Below are positions 51,246 through 60,707 of a DNA stretch of 64,000 nt, one piece after another. The notes under the pieces are model-generated. The model worked only from the letters and a program-made list of their open reading frames with translations, was not told the origin of the DNA and did no database searches. The DNA is from Candidatus Hodarchaeota archaeon (GTDB lineage: Archaea; Asgardarchaeota; Heimdallarchaeia; Hodarchaeales; Hodarchaeaceae). The stretch covers positions 1 to 64,000 of the forward strand of contig JAHQWW010000003.1 of NCBI GenBank assembly GCA_029856365.1. The letters run 5' to 3'. A program made the translations under genes and the position numbers. The number at the start of each line of letters is the position of its first letter. The first letter of the stretch is position 1.

Positions 51246-52631
51246 TTAAAGTGTTTTTTGAACTGGTTTTGAGGAACGAGTCACATTCACATTTTTATAA
51301 TTTCCTTTCTGACCAATTATCAAAGTCCCATATACTCCATCAAACCCATAGGGATGAAAAGTGAAATTACCAGCTTTAACTTGTAGAATTGCTTCAATTA
51401 TCGATGTTTCTATTTGACCATGAAGTTTTGCTTCAACTTCTTCAGAAGTAAGTTGCCATAAAATCCGTTCAGGGCCTATATAACTTGTAATTCGCCGATA
51501 TTGATTAATTAAAGACTTAGCTGTCTTAGTTCTTATATTTAAGACATGACTTAAGATATCTATTAATGGTACCATACGAATGAATTTTTTTGGTGGTTTT
51601 TCTTCCCCAAGTACTCTTTTTCCTTTTTGAGTGTTACTAATCTCAACACATCTCTGGAAGACCCCGATTGTTAACGGTTTTTTACAAATTGGGCAAATAT
51701 CATCTAATGGTACGTGTTGAGGAGAAAAATAACAATAATCATTATCACCGTGTAAACCAGGGCGTTTCCTTCCTGCACGATGACCAGTTAAAAAAAACCT
51801 TCCTTCTTCTGGAGGAAATTCAACTGTATATAACACTTGATTATTACGTAGAGCTAATACTATACTTTGATAATCAAATTTCGATACAGAAAGAACAGTG
51901 AATTCACGGCCCATCCTATGTAAGGCACTTGAGTGAGCATCTGAATTTGATATTAATGTTCTATCATCTAATTCAGGAATTAATGCTAAGAATTCGGGAT
52001 CAGCGGATAACCCAGTCTCAAAAACGTGTAATCTTGAAGTTGCTGAAGCGAAAAAATCTGATAAATAGTTAATACGAATATTGCCTTTCCCAGATCCGAA
52101 AACTCCTTGGGGTGTCATAATATGAGCTGGAATAGCCTCGATCCATGGATCTAAATCTAAAATGGCGTGAATTCGTTCTGCAACTTGATCTGAAGATTGA
52201 CATGTAATAAAAGGTCTTGCCATTTTATGGTGTTTAACCCCCCATTGGTCCAATAAAACTCTAAATGTTTCTATTAAGGGAAAATTTGGAAATAGAAAGA
52301 TTACATGTGTTTCTTTAGAATATTCTCCTATCTTTGCCGTGAAAATCATTTCCGTCTGCAAAATAAACCGAGTTTGATTATTATTTTGGAGAAAAAATAC
52401 TCCTTTCATATCTTCAATAAGAGCTTCCTTGAGAATATCAGTCCACATTGTGAATTGACAATCTCCTGTCCCAATCAAGTCAACGCCTTTTAATGGCATT
52501 GTCTGATTCGTTTTTGCTAAATGTAAAATTCCTTTTTTCCGATTTATAAGCTTAGTTTCTGGTTTAATTCCAAGGCTTTGAGTTCCACCAGCAAAAATAG
52601 AATGAGCGTGTAAATCTACCGCTACTTCCAA
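51246..52631 (-). CDS. endoQ: Endonuclease Q-like PHP-domain protein
   Basis: DLHAHS, GTGD, PAHIMTP, ETGLSAD, SNSDAHS, GRE, CPIC....IGV and GFDGVYG motifs. Confidence 0.85.
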   Translation of the reverse strand: MEVAVDLHAHSIFAGGTQSLGIKPETKLINRKKGILHLAKTNQTMPLKGVDLIGTGDCQFTMWTDILKEALIEDMKGVFFLQNNNQTRFILQTEMIFTAKIGEYSKETHVIFLFPNFPLIETFRVLLDQWGVKHHKMARPFITCQSSDQVAERIHAILDLDPWIEAIPAHIMTPQGVFGSGKGNIRINYLSDFFASATSRLHVFETGLSADPEFLALIPELDDRTLISNSDAHSSALHRMGREFTVLSVSKFDYQSIVLALRNNQVLYTVEFPPEEGRFFLTGHRAGRKRPGLHGDNDYCYFSPQHVPLDDICPICKKPLTIGVFQRCVEISNTQKGKRVLGEEKPPKKFIRMVPLIDILSHVLNIRTKTAKSLINQYRRITSYIGPERILWQLTSEEVEAKLHGQIETSIIEAILQVKAGNFTFHPYGFDGVYGTLIIGQKGNYKNVNVTRSSKPVQKTL

Positions 52632-52646
52632 TAATCGTTCTCCTCA

Positions 52647-53978
52647 TTAAATATTAAGTTTATTAGGCATATTACTATTATCATTATTGTTTGAGTCAGG
52701 TTTTACTTGATATTCTAACACCTGCTCACTGACTAGTTTCAATAGTCCTACTCCTTTAGTAGAATCACCGACCATGAAGAGAGAAGTATCTTTCGTGTTA
52801 TTTGTTGCCCACCTTAATGCAATGGCGTTCGATCCATGTTGGGACAATACCATTTGAACCAAATCAGTACGAAACAATCGTGAGCTAATATTGTTAATTG
52901 CTATGAAAATCTGGCATATAAACGCATGTTTTCTTGCTACACGAATAGTGCTAGCGCGGAGTGTGTCAACTTTGTCCATACTACACCGTAAAAGGGAAAC
53001 ATCTGTAATAATTGGTTTAAAGCTTTTGAGTAATTCGAAACTCTTATCTAAAAACTGATTTTGAGGATATAGTTTGATTTCATCATTAATTGACATTGAA
53101 TATCTCGAAATATAAGGTTGTGAAATATTCGAGCCTTGTATATTCAAATGCCATAAAATTTCCCGAAAGGTTCTGAATAAACTCCCAAGGCGCCCTTTGC
53201 CTGAACTAAATGCAATGATAAAATTATTCCTAATATATATTAAATAGAATTGTTGATTACTGTAAGTTTTCCCATGTATTTCGATGGGAAGCGCATCAAA
53301 GAAGGTTCCAAATGTCTTTAACTCACGCTCATAATCTTGTAGGAGTGTAGGAATTGTATTCACTAAAGAAATTATATCTGGAGACAGAATGATGTTATGA
53401 AGAGCTCGAATGGTTCCATCTGAAACCAAAACCGTCTCCGTATCTGTACAAATTTCACTAATTCGATTTTGAAGGGTATGATCAATTTTAGTTAAAAGAA
53501 CTTTCCTAATGTTACTGAACACCTTGTTTAATGAATAGGCTTCTTGCTTACTGTTGTTTTGAAATTTTATTTCTCGGATGGCTTCTTGAAGAATATTTGA
53601 GAAAGCAAGAGAATGTTGCAATAATTTGTCCTGATGAATGCGTGGGATAAATAGCATGAAACTTTCAATTCGATTTTTTCCTCTAGCTTTAGGATCCTCA
53701 ATTGTGAAAGAGTGGATCAATACACGGCCGCGGATACCTGTAACATTGATTGGTATTATTGCAGTCTCAGACTCTCCTGTTGGTTCACCCACACCAATTG
53801 CCATCGTAAATAACGTTGTTGTGATACCTTGAAGAATAATTGTCGGGATTTCTAACTCATGGGTCAAATGAGATTTTAATACAGGACCATGTTCTTCATC
53901 AAAGACTATATGGGCCAAAAAAAATTGAATAGGAATATCTTCTGACGTTTCGGAAGTTCCCATGATATTAGGTCTCAC
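52647..53978 (-). CDS. Folliculin/SMCR8-type longin (uDENN) domain fused to putative roadblock-like domains
   Basis: FDEEHGP and HSFTIEDPKARGKNR motifs; two C-terminal segments ending in roadblock-like LGSL/VGLL helices. Confidence 0.72.
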   Translation of the reverse strand: MRPNIMGTSETSEDIPIQFFLAHIVFDEEHGPVLKSHLTHELEIPTIILQGITTTLFTMAIGVGEPTGESETAIIPINVTGIRGRVLIHSFTIEDPKARGKNRIESFMLFIPRIHQDKLLQHSLAFSNILQEAIREIKFQNNSKQEAYSLNKVFSNIRKVLLTKIDHTLQNRISEICTDTETVLVSDGTIRALHNIILSPDIISLVNTIPTLLQDYERELKTFGTFFDALPIEIHGKTYSNQQFYLIYIRNNFIIAFSSGKGRLGSLFRTFREILWHLNIQGSNISQPYISRYSMSINDEIKLYPQNQFLDKSFELLKSFKPIITDVSLLRCSMDKVDTLRASTIRVARKHAFICQIFIAINNISSRLFRTDLVQMVLSQHGSNAIALRWATNNTKDTSLFMVGDSTKGVGLLKLVSEQVLEYQVKPDSNNNDNSNMPNKLNI

Positions 53979-54168
53979 CTTTTACTTGTTGAAACCAAAT
54001 TGAAAAGGATTCTCAGTCTTTGTGTGAAATCAATCTCTATCTAGAATCTACCTATATCCTCAATTAAGTGTTTTTCATTACTTATACGAAAATATTTCTT
54101 TCTTGGATCAAGAGAAAATAACATCTTTAAATGTGATAAAACATTATTGACATAAGAAAGTAATAAAT

Positions 54169-54465
54169 CTAAGATTCAGACTCTTTCTTCTTTATCAAAT
54201 CGATTATATCCTCCCATTCTTGCTCTTGCTTTTGTTTTTTTGGAGGATTTAAACGATTTTCTACTCCTAGAATATCTAACGCCCATTGGCGCTCTTTTTC
54301 ACGTTTTTGCAACTTCTTTTTTTTTCGATGTTCAGCTGCATTGATCCAAGTCTCTAATGCTGCTTCCTGTATTCCACATTTAGTACAAACATACAATCTT
54401 TCCTCAGGATTCCAAAAAAGGGTTCCATTCTTGCAATTAGGGCAAGGAATTCTTGAATCGCGCAC
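54169..54465 (-). CDS. Small zinc-ribbon protein with basic helix
   Basis: CPNC....LFW......YVCTKCG pattern. Confidence 0.75.
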   Translation of the reverse strand: MRDSRIPCPNCKNGTLFWNPEERLYVCTKCGIQEAALETWINAAEHRKKKKLQKREKERQWALDILGVENRLNPPKKQKQEQEWEDIIDLIKKKESES

Positions 54466-54486
54466 AGGAGGCTTAGACAGAGCTGT

Positions 54487-54981
54487 TCACTTCTCCATTG
54501 ACAGAATGTTATCTAGTTCTTTCTGAGTAATAGATAAGGATGAAATTTGTGATTGAGGACGCTTTGAAGGAGGCCATTGTTGTATTATCTGCATTATTGA
54601 ATCAATAGCTGGGCCAATTATCAACTTCAAGAGCTCAAGATCCACATAAGGATCTGTCAAGACTCCTAAGAAAGCGATACGCCCAATTGCTCGTAAAAAT
54701 AATTTAAAATTATTTCTTTCTGCAGTGAAAGAAACCCAGGGGGAACTCCCAATTTCGTGTCTAATGGTATCCATGTTCGATTGAATTCCAGCCACTAAAG
54801 AACAGAGAATAAGACTGCTTTCTTTACCTAGCGTACCTTCTAAATTCGCCTCTTCAATTAGAAGTCCATCTGTATCTACACAGAAACCTGAATAAATACC
54901 ATCTAGAGAGTTCACGATGTCAGTTAATACTTGTCGAAGTCCAGTTTTCGATTGTCTTGAATTATCATTGGAAAAGGTCAA
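54487..54981 (-). CDS. Roadblock/LC7 (MglB/LAMTOR-like) domain protein
   Basis: VDTDGLLI...LFLRAIG..AFLGVLTD..VDLELL pattern. Confidence 0.85.
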   Translation of the reverse strand: MTFSNDNSRQSKTGLRQVLTDIVNSLDGIYSGFCVDTDGLLIEEANLEGTLGKESSLILCSLVAGIQSNMDTIRHEIGSSPWVSFTAERNNFKLFLRAIGRIAFLGVLTDPYVDLELLKLIIGPAIDSIMQIIQQWPPSKRPQSQISSLSITQKELDNILSMEK

Positions 54982-55198
54982 GGATCATCAACCAGATCTT
55001 AGTCATATTGTTGAAGAAACCCTTTATTTAGTTAAGAAAAGACTATAATTGTCTTATATCTGAATCTATTTAATCTTTCTCACGTTTCTGACAATTGAAT
55101 CTATGCTTAATTATGAATATAGATTAAGTAAATCAGGAGAACCACGATAAAAGAGGTGGATAGCTCATAGAGAAACCTCTTTATTATCAAGAGATGGT

Positions 55199-55208
55199 CT
55201 TTATAAAG
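55199..55208 (+). promoter_or_regulatory. TATA box of the SRP RNA gene
   Basis: TTTATAAA ending about 22 bp upstream of the predicted 5' end. Confidence 0.65.
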
Positions 55209-55228
55209 GCCCATAAGACAGACTACTT

Positions 55229-55533
55229 GGAACAGTAGGCGGCTGAGGATAGCGGCTCAGCTAAATCGTAACGCTATATGACGAGCTTAATCCCAGAACT
55301 GAGATGCTGAAGCCTGGTAAGGCTCCTTGGTTTGTGCAATGAGAGATCCTCCGACTAGGTGGCTTCTGGCTGAGATTCCTCTGGAGAGAGGAATAAGAAA
55401 GCGAGGTTAAACTGGGTCAGGCATGGGAATGAACAGCCCTAAGACCGAGAGGTTATGCTTTTCGGGTTCGGGTCTTAAGCACGGCTAAGTTCAACCGATC
55501 TAGAGTGGAAGCCCCGAAGTTCTGGTCTGTTCC
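55229..55533 (+). ncRNA. ffs: Archaeal SRP (7S) RNA
   Basis: GC-richer ~305-nt island; 5' GGAACAG pairs with 3' CTGTTCC (helix 1); helix 6 ATTCCTCT-GGAG-AGAGGAAT; helix 8 GGGTCAGGCAT-GGGA-ATGAACAGCCC; T-tract downstream. Confidence 0.92.
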
Positions 55534-55694
55534 ACTATCATTTTTAAAATAACAGAGTTAAAGAATTGTATCTCTGGTTTCTTTACTTGTAAGAATCCAT
55601 AAGAGACCTAGAAGAACAGAAATTCAATAATAGAATAATCTTTTTTATTTAACATTGTTAGTATCATTTTCTTCATTGATACAAAAGTTTAAAA

Positions 55695-55747
55695 GTGTCG
55701 CGCGACACGATCAACACGAGCAACACTAACAACACTAACAACATGCA
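55695..55747. repeat. 14-bp perfect palindrome plus five tandem 9-bp CRACAY units (putative operator array)
   Basis: GTGTCGCGCGACAC (55695-55708); cgacacgat caacacgag caacactaa caacactaa caacatgca (55703-55747). Confidence 0.8.
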
Positions 55748-55824
55748 CAGGAAAAAACTGTCATTTTAAATTCAATTTTGCTCAAATTTCCCATTAAATA
55801 GTATGAAATTGGTGAAAAAAGAAC

Positions 55825-56103
55825 TTGATGCAAATTTTGCTAGATAAAGAAGAGATCAATAAAGAATTACCAACTATTATTAGTTCAATACCTTTGCCTC
55901 AAAGTGCAAAGAGAATTTTCGAAATTTTATGTCAAGAGGGGCCTCTAACATCAGGAGATTTGGAGAAGAGATGTACCTATTCTGATCGGACAATTAGAAA
56001 CGCCCTGAAGAAGTTAATAGGAATAGGTTTAGTCATAAAAGTTGCTAATTTCAGCGATATGCGAACTTCATTGTTTCATGTTCAAATGATGAATGCTGCA
56101 TGA
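55825..56103 (+). CDS. Small winged-HTH transcriptional regulator
   Basis: LPQSAKRIFEIL..EGPLT..DL......RTIRNALKKL...GLV pattern. Confidence 0.85.
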   Translation: MMQILLDKEEINKELPTIISSIPLPQSAKRIFEILCQEGPLTSGDLEKRCTYSDRTIRNALKKLIGIGLVIKVANFSDMRTSLFHVQMMNAA

Positions 56104-56143
56104 TCCGATTTTGTATTGAATAGCTTATTTTACTTTTCTTTTT

Positions 56144-56758
56144 TTAGAAGAAGAATTTTTCCCCGTAATAATTCCAGAGTATTTTCCAAATCCAACTAAT
56201 GGGCAGTCCTACCACGTTAAAGTAATCTCCCTGTATTTTACTAATTAAAAATGCGCCCAATCCTTGAATTGCATAACCTCCTGCTCTATTTTGCCATTCA
56301 CCCGTTTCCAGGTAATACCGTATCTCTCCTTCTGAGATTATCCTGAATTTTACTAATGTGGAAACTTTAGTCTGGTATTTCACTTTATCGGGGTAAATAA
56401 GAATTGTACAGCCTGTGAGAACCGTATGAGTCTTACCAGACAGTGTTTGTAACATAATTTTCGCTTCATCTCGATCCTTAGGTTTACCTACAATCGTGTG
56501 AGATGGATCAATGACAACTGTGTCACATCCTATAACAATATAATTTTTCTTTTTGTATTGAAGTTGAGAAGCGACTAAAGCTGCCTTTTTCTGAGAAATA
56601 TTTAACACGAACTTTTCAGGATCAGCAGAGAATTCAGTTTCATTGTCATTTTCATCTATTTCACTAGGAAAAACTGTAAAAGGTAATTGAACCTGCTTCA
56701 ATACCTCGGCTCGTGCTGGGGATTGGGATGCAAGAATTATTTCTGGGAAGTGTGACAT
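56144..56758 (-). CDS. maf: Maf family nucleoside triphosphate pyrophosphatase
   Basis: IILASQSPAR, GCDTVV, GKP, LSGKTH, AGGYAIQG and NVVGLP motifs. Confidence 0.95.
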   Translation of the reverse strand: MSHFPEIILASQSPARAEVLKQVQLPFTVFPSEIDENDNETEFSADPEKFVLNISQKKAALVASQLQYKKKNYIVIGCDTVVIDPSHTIVGKPKDRDEAKIMLQTLSGKTHTVLTGCTILIYPDKVKYQTKVSTLVKFRIISEGEIRYYLETGEWQNRAGGYAIQGLGAFLISKIQGDYFNVVGLPISWIWKILWNYYGEKFFF

Positions 56759-56909
56759 TTTTTGTTCAATTTTTTGAAATTAAAAAAAAGACTTAAGGAC
56801 TATTCATTTCCTATTGCAAATAGTAATTCTCTGAAAACTCCAAATGATCATCTATTTTTCTTTGGTAAAACTCTTTTTTTCATAAAAAAATAAGGGCTAG
56901 GCAAATAGA

Positions 56910-58109
56910 ATGACAGTAGAGAAAAACATTTTTGATTCTAAGCGAATCGCCATTCGTATGTCTCAGATTCGCCCATCAGGATTGAGAAAATTATTTGATC
57001 TTGAACATAAAATCGCAAAATCCTCTTCTCTCAAGATTCTCTCTTTTGGGCTTGGAAATTTAAATATTCCAACTATGCCTGAGATTATCAATCAATTGAA
57101 AATTGCCCTTGATGATCCTCTTTCTCACCGTTATTCTCCGAATGCTGGACTCTTCGAACTACGAGAGGCATTGGCTGCTAGATATAAAACTGAATATCAT
57201 CTCGATTACTCTACAGATCAAATCGTTGTTACTTCAGGTTGTTTAGAAGCTTTGATTGATACATTCTTTGCTCTTATTAACCCTGGTGATGAAGTTCTCA
57301 TCCAAGATCCTACTTTTGGTTACTATGCTAGCCAAATTACGCTTGCTGGAGGAGTAGTAAGACCAATTCCTTTGAATGACAAATTTGAACTAGAAGCAGA
57401 AGCAGTGAACGAAGCTATCACCTCAAAGACCAAAGCTCTTGTTCTAAACTTCCCATGTAATCCGACTGGTAGTGTAATGAATCGTGAACAGATCCAAGCA
57501 GTAGTCGAAACTGCAACGGATAAAGGAGTTACCATAATATCCGACGAAGCATATGAAGCAATCACATTTAATGGCCACAAACATACATGTGCAGCAGAAA
57601 TTGACTATGATAACGTGATTATTATTTCATCTTTTTCTAAAACTTATTGTATGACTGGTTTTCGTGTTGGTTATGTTATAGCTCCCCCTGAACTTCTTAC
57701 TCCTATTTCATTAGTTCATCAATATAATACTGCTTGTGCAAACAGTCCAGCTCAAATAGCTGCCAGAATTGCTTTACATTCTCCCTCTTCCATTAGGGAG
57801 GCAATGATGGAGACCCTTATAAAAAGGCGTACTGAGACTATTAAAGCTTTTACTTCTGTTAAAGGTATTGAATTAAATTATAATCCACTAGGGGCTTTTT
57901 ACATTTACCCCAACGTCAGAGGCCTAGGGATGAATGGAACAGAATTCTCTGAAATTCTCTTAGAGAATTGTCAGATAATAGTGGTCCCAGGAACAGAATT
58001 TGGAACTGCTACCCCTGACCACGTTCGTGTATCTTATGGTTTTTTAAACCAAGAAGATATCCGAGAAGCAGGCACACGAATTCAATCATACTTTTCAAAA
58101 TCTCATTAA
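56910..58109 (+). CDS. Class I/II PLP-dependent aminotransferase (AspC-like)
   Basis: PCNPTG, SDEAY and SFSKTYCMTGFRVG motifs. Confidence 0.93.
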   Translation: MTVEKNIFDSKRIAIRMSQIRPSGLRKLFDLEHKIAKSSSLKILSFGLGNLNIPTMPEIINQLKIALDDPLSHRYSPNAGLFELREALAARYKTEYHLDYSTDQIVVTSGCLEALIDTFFALINPGDEVLIQDPTFGYYASQITLAGGVVRPIPLNDKFELEAEAVNEAITSKTKALVLNFPCNPTGSVMNREQIQAVVETATDKGVTIISDEAYEAITFNGHKHTCAAEIDYDNVIIISSFSKTYCMTGFRVGYVIAPPELLTPISLVHQYNTACANSPAQIAARIALHSPSSIREAMMETLIKRRTETIKAFTSVKGIELNYNPLGAFYIYPNVRGLGMNGTEFSEILLENCQIIVVPGTEFGTATPDHVRVSYGFLNQEDIREAGTRIQSYFSKSH

Positions 58110-58230
58110 ACGAAGAAAGGCCTGATTAAGAGTGCATAGGTTTCGTTGTTTTAAATAAATCCTTTATTCTTGACCATTTCTCCAAAATAGAGTCGCAGAA
58201 AATATAAAAAATATTAATTTTATTATTTCT

Positions 58231-59568
58231 ATGAATCTAAAGGTGCAAAACATGTCAGAAAGTAGAGAATTTATTCTTAAAGCTGATGATTTGCCAGATA
58301 AATGGTATAATATCATCCCAGACTTACCAGAACCTCTCCCACCACCTAAAGATCCTCCTGAAGGGTATTCAAGAGTTAAAGACCTGCCCAACATGCTCTT
58401 ACATGAATGTTTAAAACAAGAAATGTCGAATCAGAGATGGATACCCATTCCTGAGGGAATTCGTAACCTATATTTAGCTGCAGGAAGACCAAGACCATTA
58501 TTCAGGGCAAAAAATCTTGAGGAAAAATTAGGGACGCCCGCAAAATTATTCTATAAATCAGAATTTTTTAGCCCAACAGGTAGCCATAAGGTTAACACTG
58601 CCCTTGCTCAAGCTTATTATGCAAAACAAGAAGGCTTTGAACGACTCACAACAGAAACAGGGGCAGGTCAATGGGGTAATGCACTTGCTTATGCTGCGAG
58701 TTTAAATGATCTAGATTGCACTGTTTTTTGGGTTCGAGCTGTTTATCGTTGGAAAGAGCAGAGATTAAAATTCATGCAATTATATGGTGCAGATGTTTAT
58801 GCTTCTCCTAGTAACAAAACGGATTTTGGAAAGAAATTATATAAGGAAGACCCCAACCATAATGGTTCTCTGGGAATTGCTATTTCTGAAGGATTAGAAG
58901 AAGCCAAGAAAGACCCGAAAGCAGTTTATTGTCTTGGCTCTGTATTGAATCATGTTTTAATACATCAATCTATAATAGGCCTTGAAACCAAGGCACAGAT
59001 GGAGCTTGCTGGAACATATCCTGATGTTGTGATTTCGTGTCTTGGTGGGGGTAGCAACTTTGGTGGGATTGCTATTCCCTTCATGCGTGATGTCCTTAAG
59101 AAGAAAACAGAAATTAAGTTTATTGCCTCACAAAGTAAGGCAGCCCCGAATTTACAGGGAGAGTATAAGTATGACTTTGCTGATCACGCAGAAATGACTC
59201 CTATGTTGAAAATGTATTCACTTGGACATCAAGTAACAATGGTACCTATTCGTGGTGATGGTCTTAGATACCATGGCTGTTCACCAATCTTGAGCTTATT
59301 AAGGCATCACGGTTACATTGACACAGTAGCTTATCCAGAAGATGAAAAATATGTTTTTGAGAGGGCTAGAGAGTTTGTACGAGCAGAGGGCTTTCTTCCT
59401 GCACCTGAATCAGCGTACAGTATTACGTGTGCTATAGATGAAGCAATAAAGTGTAAGAAAGAAAATGAGGAAAAAGTTATTGTTTTCAATGTAAGTGGAC
59501 ATGGTTTCATGGACATGGATGGTTATGCTGAGATCCTAGGTTTGAAAAAGCAGCTGGACAGGGCATGA
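58231..59568 (+). CDS. trpB2: TrpB2-type tryptophan synthase beta-like PLP enzyme
   Basis: WYNI, GSHKVN, TETGAGQWG, GGGSN, GLRYHG, PAPESA and SGHG motifs. Confidence 0.93.
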   Translation: MNLKVQNMSESREFILKADDLPDKWYNIIPDLPEPLPPPKDPPEGYSRVKDLPNMLLHECLKQEMSNQRWIPIPEGIRNLYLAAGRPRPLFRAKNLEEKLGTPAKLFYKSEFFSPTGSHKVNTALAQAYYAKQEGFERLTTETGAGQWGNALAYAASLNDLDCTVFWVRAVYRWKEQRLKFMQLYGADVYASPSNKTDFGKKLYKEDPNHNGSLGIAISEGLEEAKKDPKAVYCLGSVLNHVLIHQSIIGLETKAQMELAGTYPDVVISCLGGGSNFGGIAIPFMRDVLKKKTEIKFIASQSKAAPNLQGEYKYDFADHAEMTPMLKMYSLGHQVTMVPIRGDGLRYHGCSPILSLLRHHGYIDTVAYPEDEKYVFERAREFVRAEGFLPAPESAYSITCAIDEAIKCKKENEEKVIVFNVSGHGFMDMDGYAEILGLKKQLDRA

Positions 59569-59644
59569 AGGGTTCCTGAGAGATGTTGCTCTAATAGCAG
59601 AATCTTTATGAGAAGTTCGATCCTCCCTGTGTAATCTTATATTT

Positions 59645-59857
59645 TCACGCAATCAATCTTCGAGATATATAATCGGATAGCTTCTTGTTACGGGGAATCC
59701 TGGTTACAAACGCATCCATACCACATTCATTGCACTTCAGACGAAGTGTCCCATGATTAACGATGGTACTGATGGTATGAGTATGACACCAAGGGCATAG
59801 AAGCTCTAATTCAGCCCGATGTTGTAGATCTACATTCTCTTCAATTTCGATAGTCAC
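59645..59857 (-). CDS. Small C4 zinc-ribbon protein (aIF2beta/Elf1-like spacing)
   Basis: CPWC-x17-CNEC; strong GGAGG RBS before the GTG start. Confidence 0.75.
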   Translation of the reverse strand: MTIEIEENVDLQHRAELELLCPWCHTHTISTIVNHGTLRLKCNECGMDAFVTRIPRNKKLSDYISRRLIA

Positions 59858-59880
59858 TTTTTTACCTCCTTTTCTTTATT

Positions 59881-59998
59881 AGGATGGAAAACTGCCCATT
59901 ATGGGTTCATTTTCCGATATAGCTTAGCTATATCACACCAATTCGATTTTGGTGAGCTTTTCCTGTATGGAGATGCAAACTAGTAAAACTAGAGTGCA
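59881..59998 (-). promoter_or_regulatory. Putative structured 5' leader or small RNA with four consecutive hairpins
   Basis: Stems GGAAAA/TTTTCC (with inner CCCA/TGGG), GATATAGCT/AGCTATATC, CACCAA/TTGGTG and CTAGT/ACTAG; TATA-like element near 60022-60029 on the minus strand. Confidence 0.55.
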
Positions 59999-60707
59999 GA
60001 TAATTTTTTTTCTTTAGGGTCTATAAAAATGTTATGATTTATGACGAATTTTGTAATTTTATACATATTTTCATGTTAATTTTCATACTGATTAATTTCA
60101 TCTAACAGGTTTATTCTGTGTTTAAAGGATTAATATAATTATATTTTATCACTATTTATTATAAATCTTCCTGTATTGGTAAATCTTATCAATTTCTACG
60201 ATTATGAATTTTTTAAGGGAATAATAGCTCACATCTTATTCATAAACATAAAATTTAGAAAATTTTAAAGCAAATGAATCTAGTATGACCTGGATTGGCA
60301 AAAAAATTCGCTGATTAGCACAGTTACAAGAAAATTCTAGATTAATGATAAAAATCCTTAAAAAAAGATCTATTTAATTTTTACACCTACAAAACTGATG
60401 AAAAATACCTTCATGTGATGTTTAACAAAAAGAATGTGAGGTATCAAGCTATAATTAATATATCATCAGGTTTTTTTCATTGTATTGCATTTGTTAGCAT
60501 TTATTTCTTAAAACATTCTTGTAAAAATTAACAGATCTCCATTTAAAACTACGATATATTGTTTGAGTAAAGATTAAGTAGCAATGTTTTCACTTCATTC
60601 TATAAAAAATTTTTTCATTAAAAAATGTCTTTACTATTTAAAGCAAAATTACCTTGAACCATCCATTAACAAGAAATTTCTAGATTATTTAGAACTGTGT
60701 CCCCAAC

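Noticed and set aside
55695-55747. Short tandem repeats as a CRISPR array
   Set aside because: Units are 9 bp with no unique spacers, and no cas genes are in the window
59881-59964. tRNA gene (cloverleaf-like arrangement)
   Set aside because: No T-loop GTTCRA or D-loop consensus, and stem lengths do not fit a tRNA
60030-60707. Very AT-rich intergenic stretch as origin or mobile-element scar
   Set aside because: No repeats, terminal inverted repeats or ORF remnants that I could support
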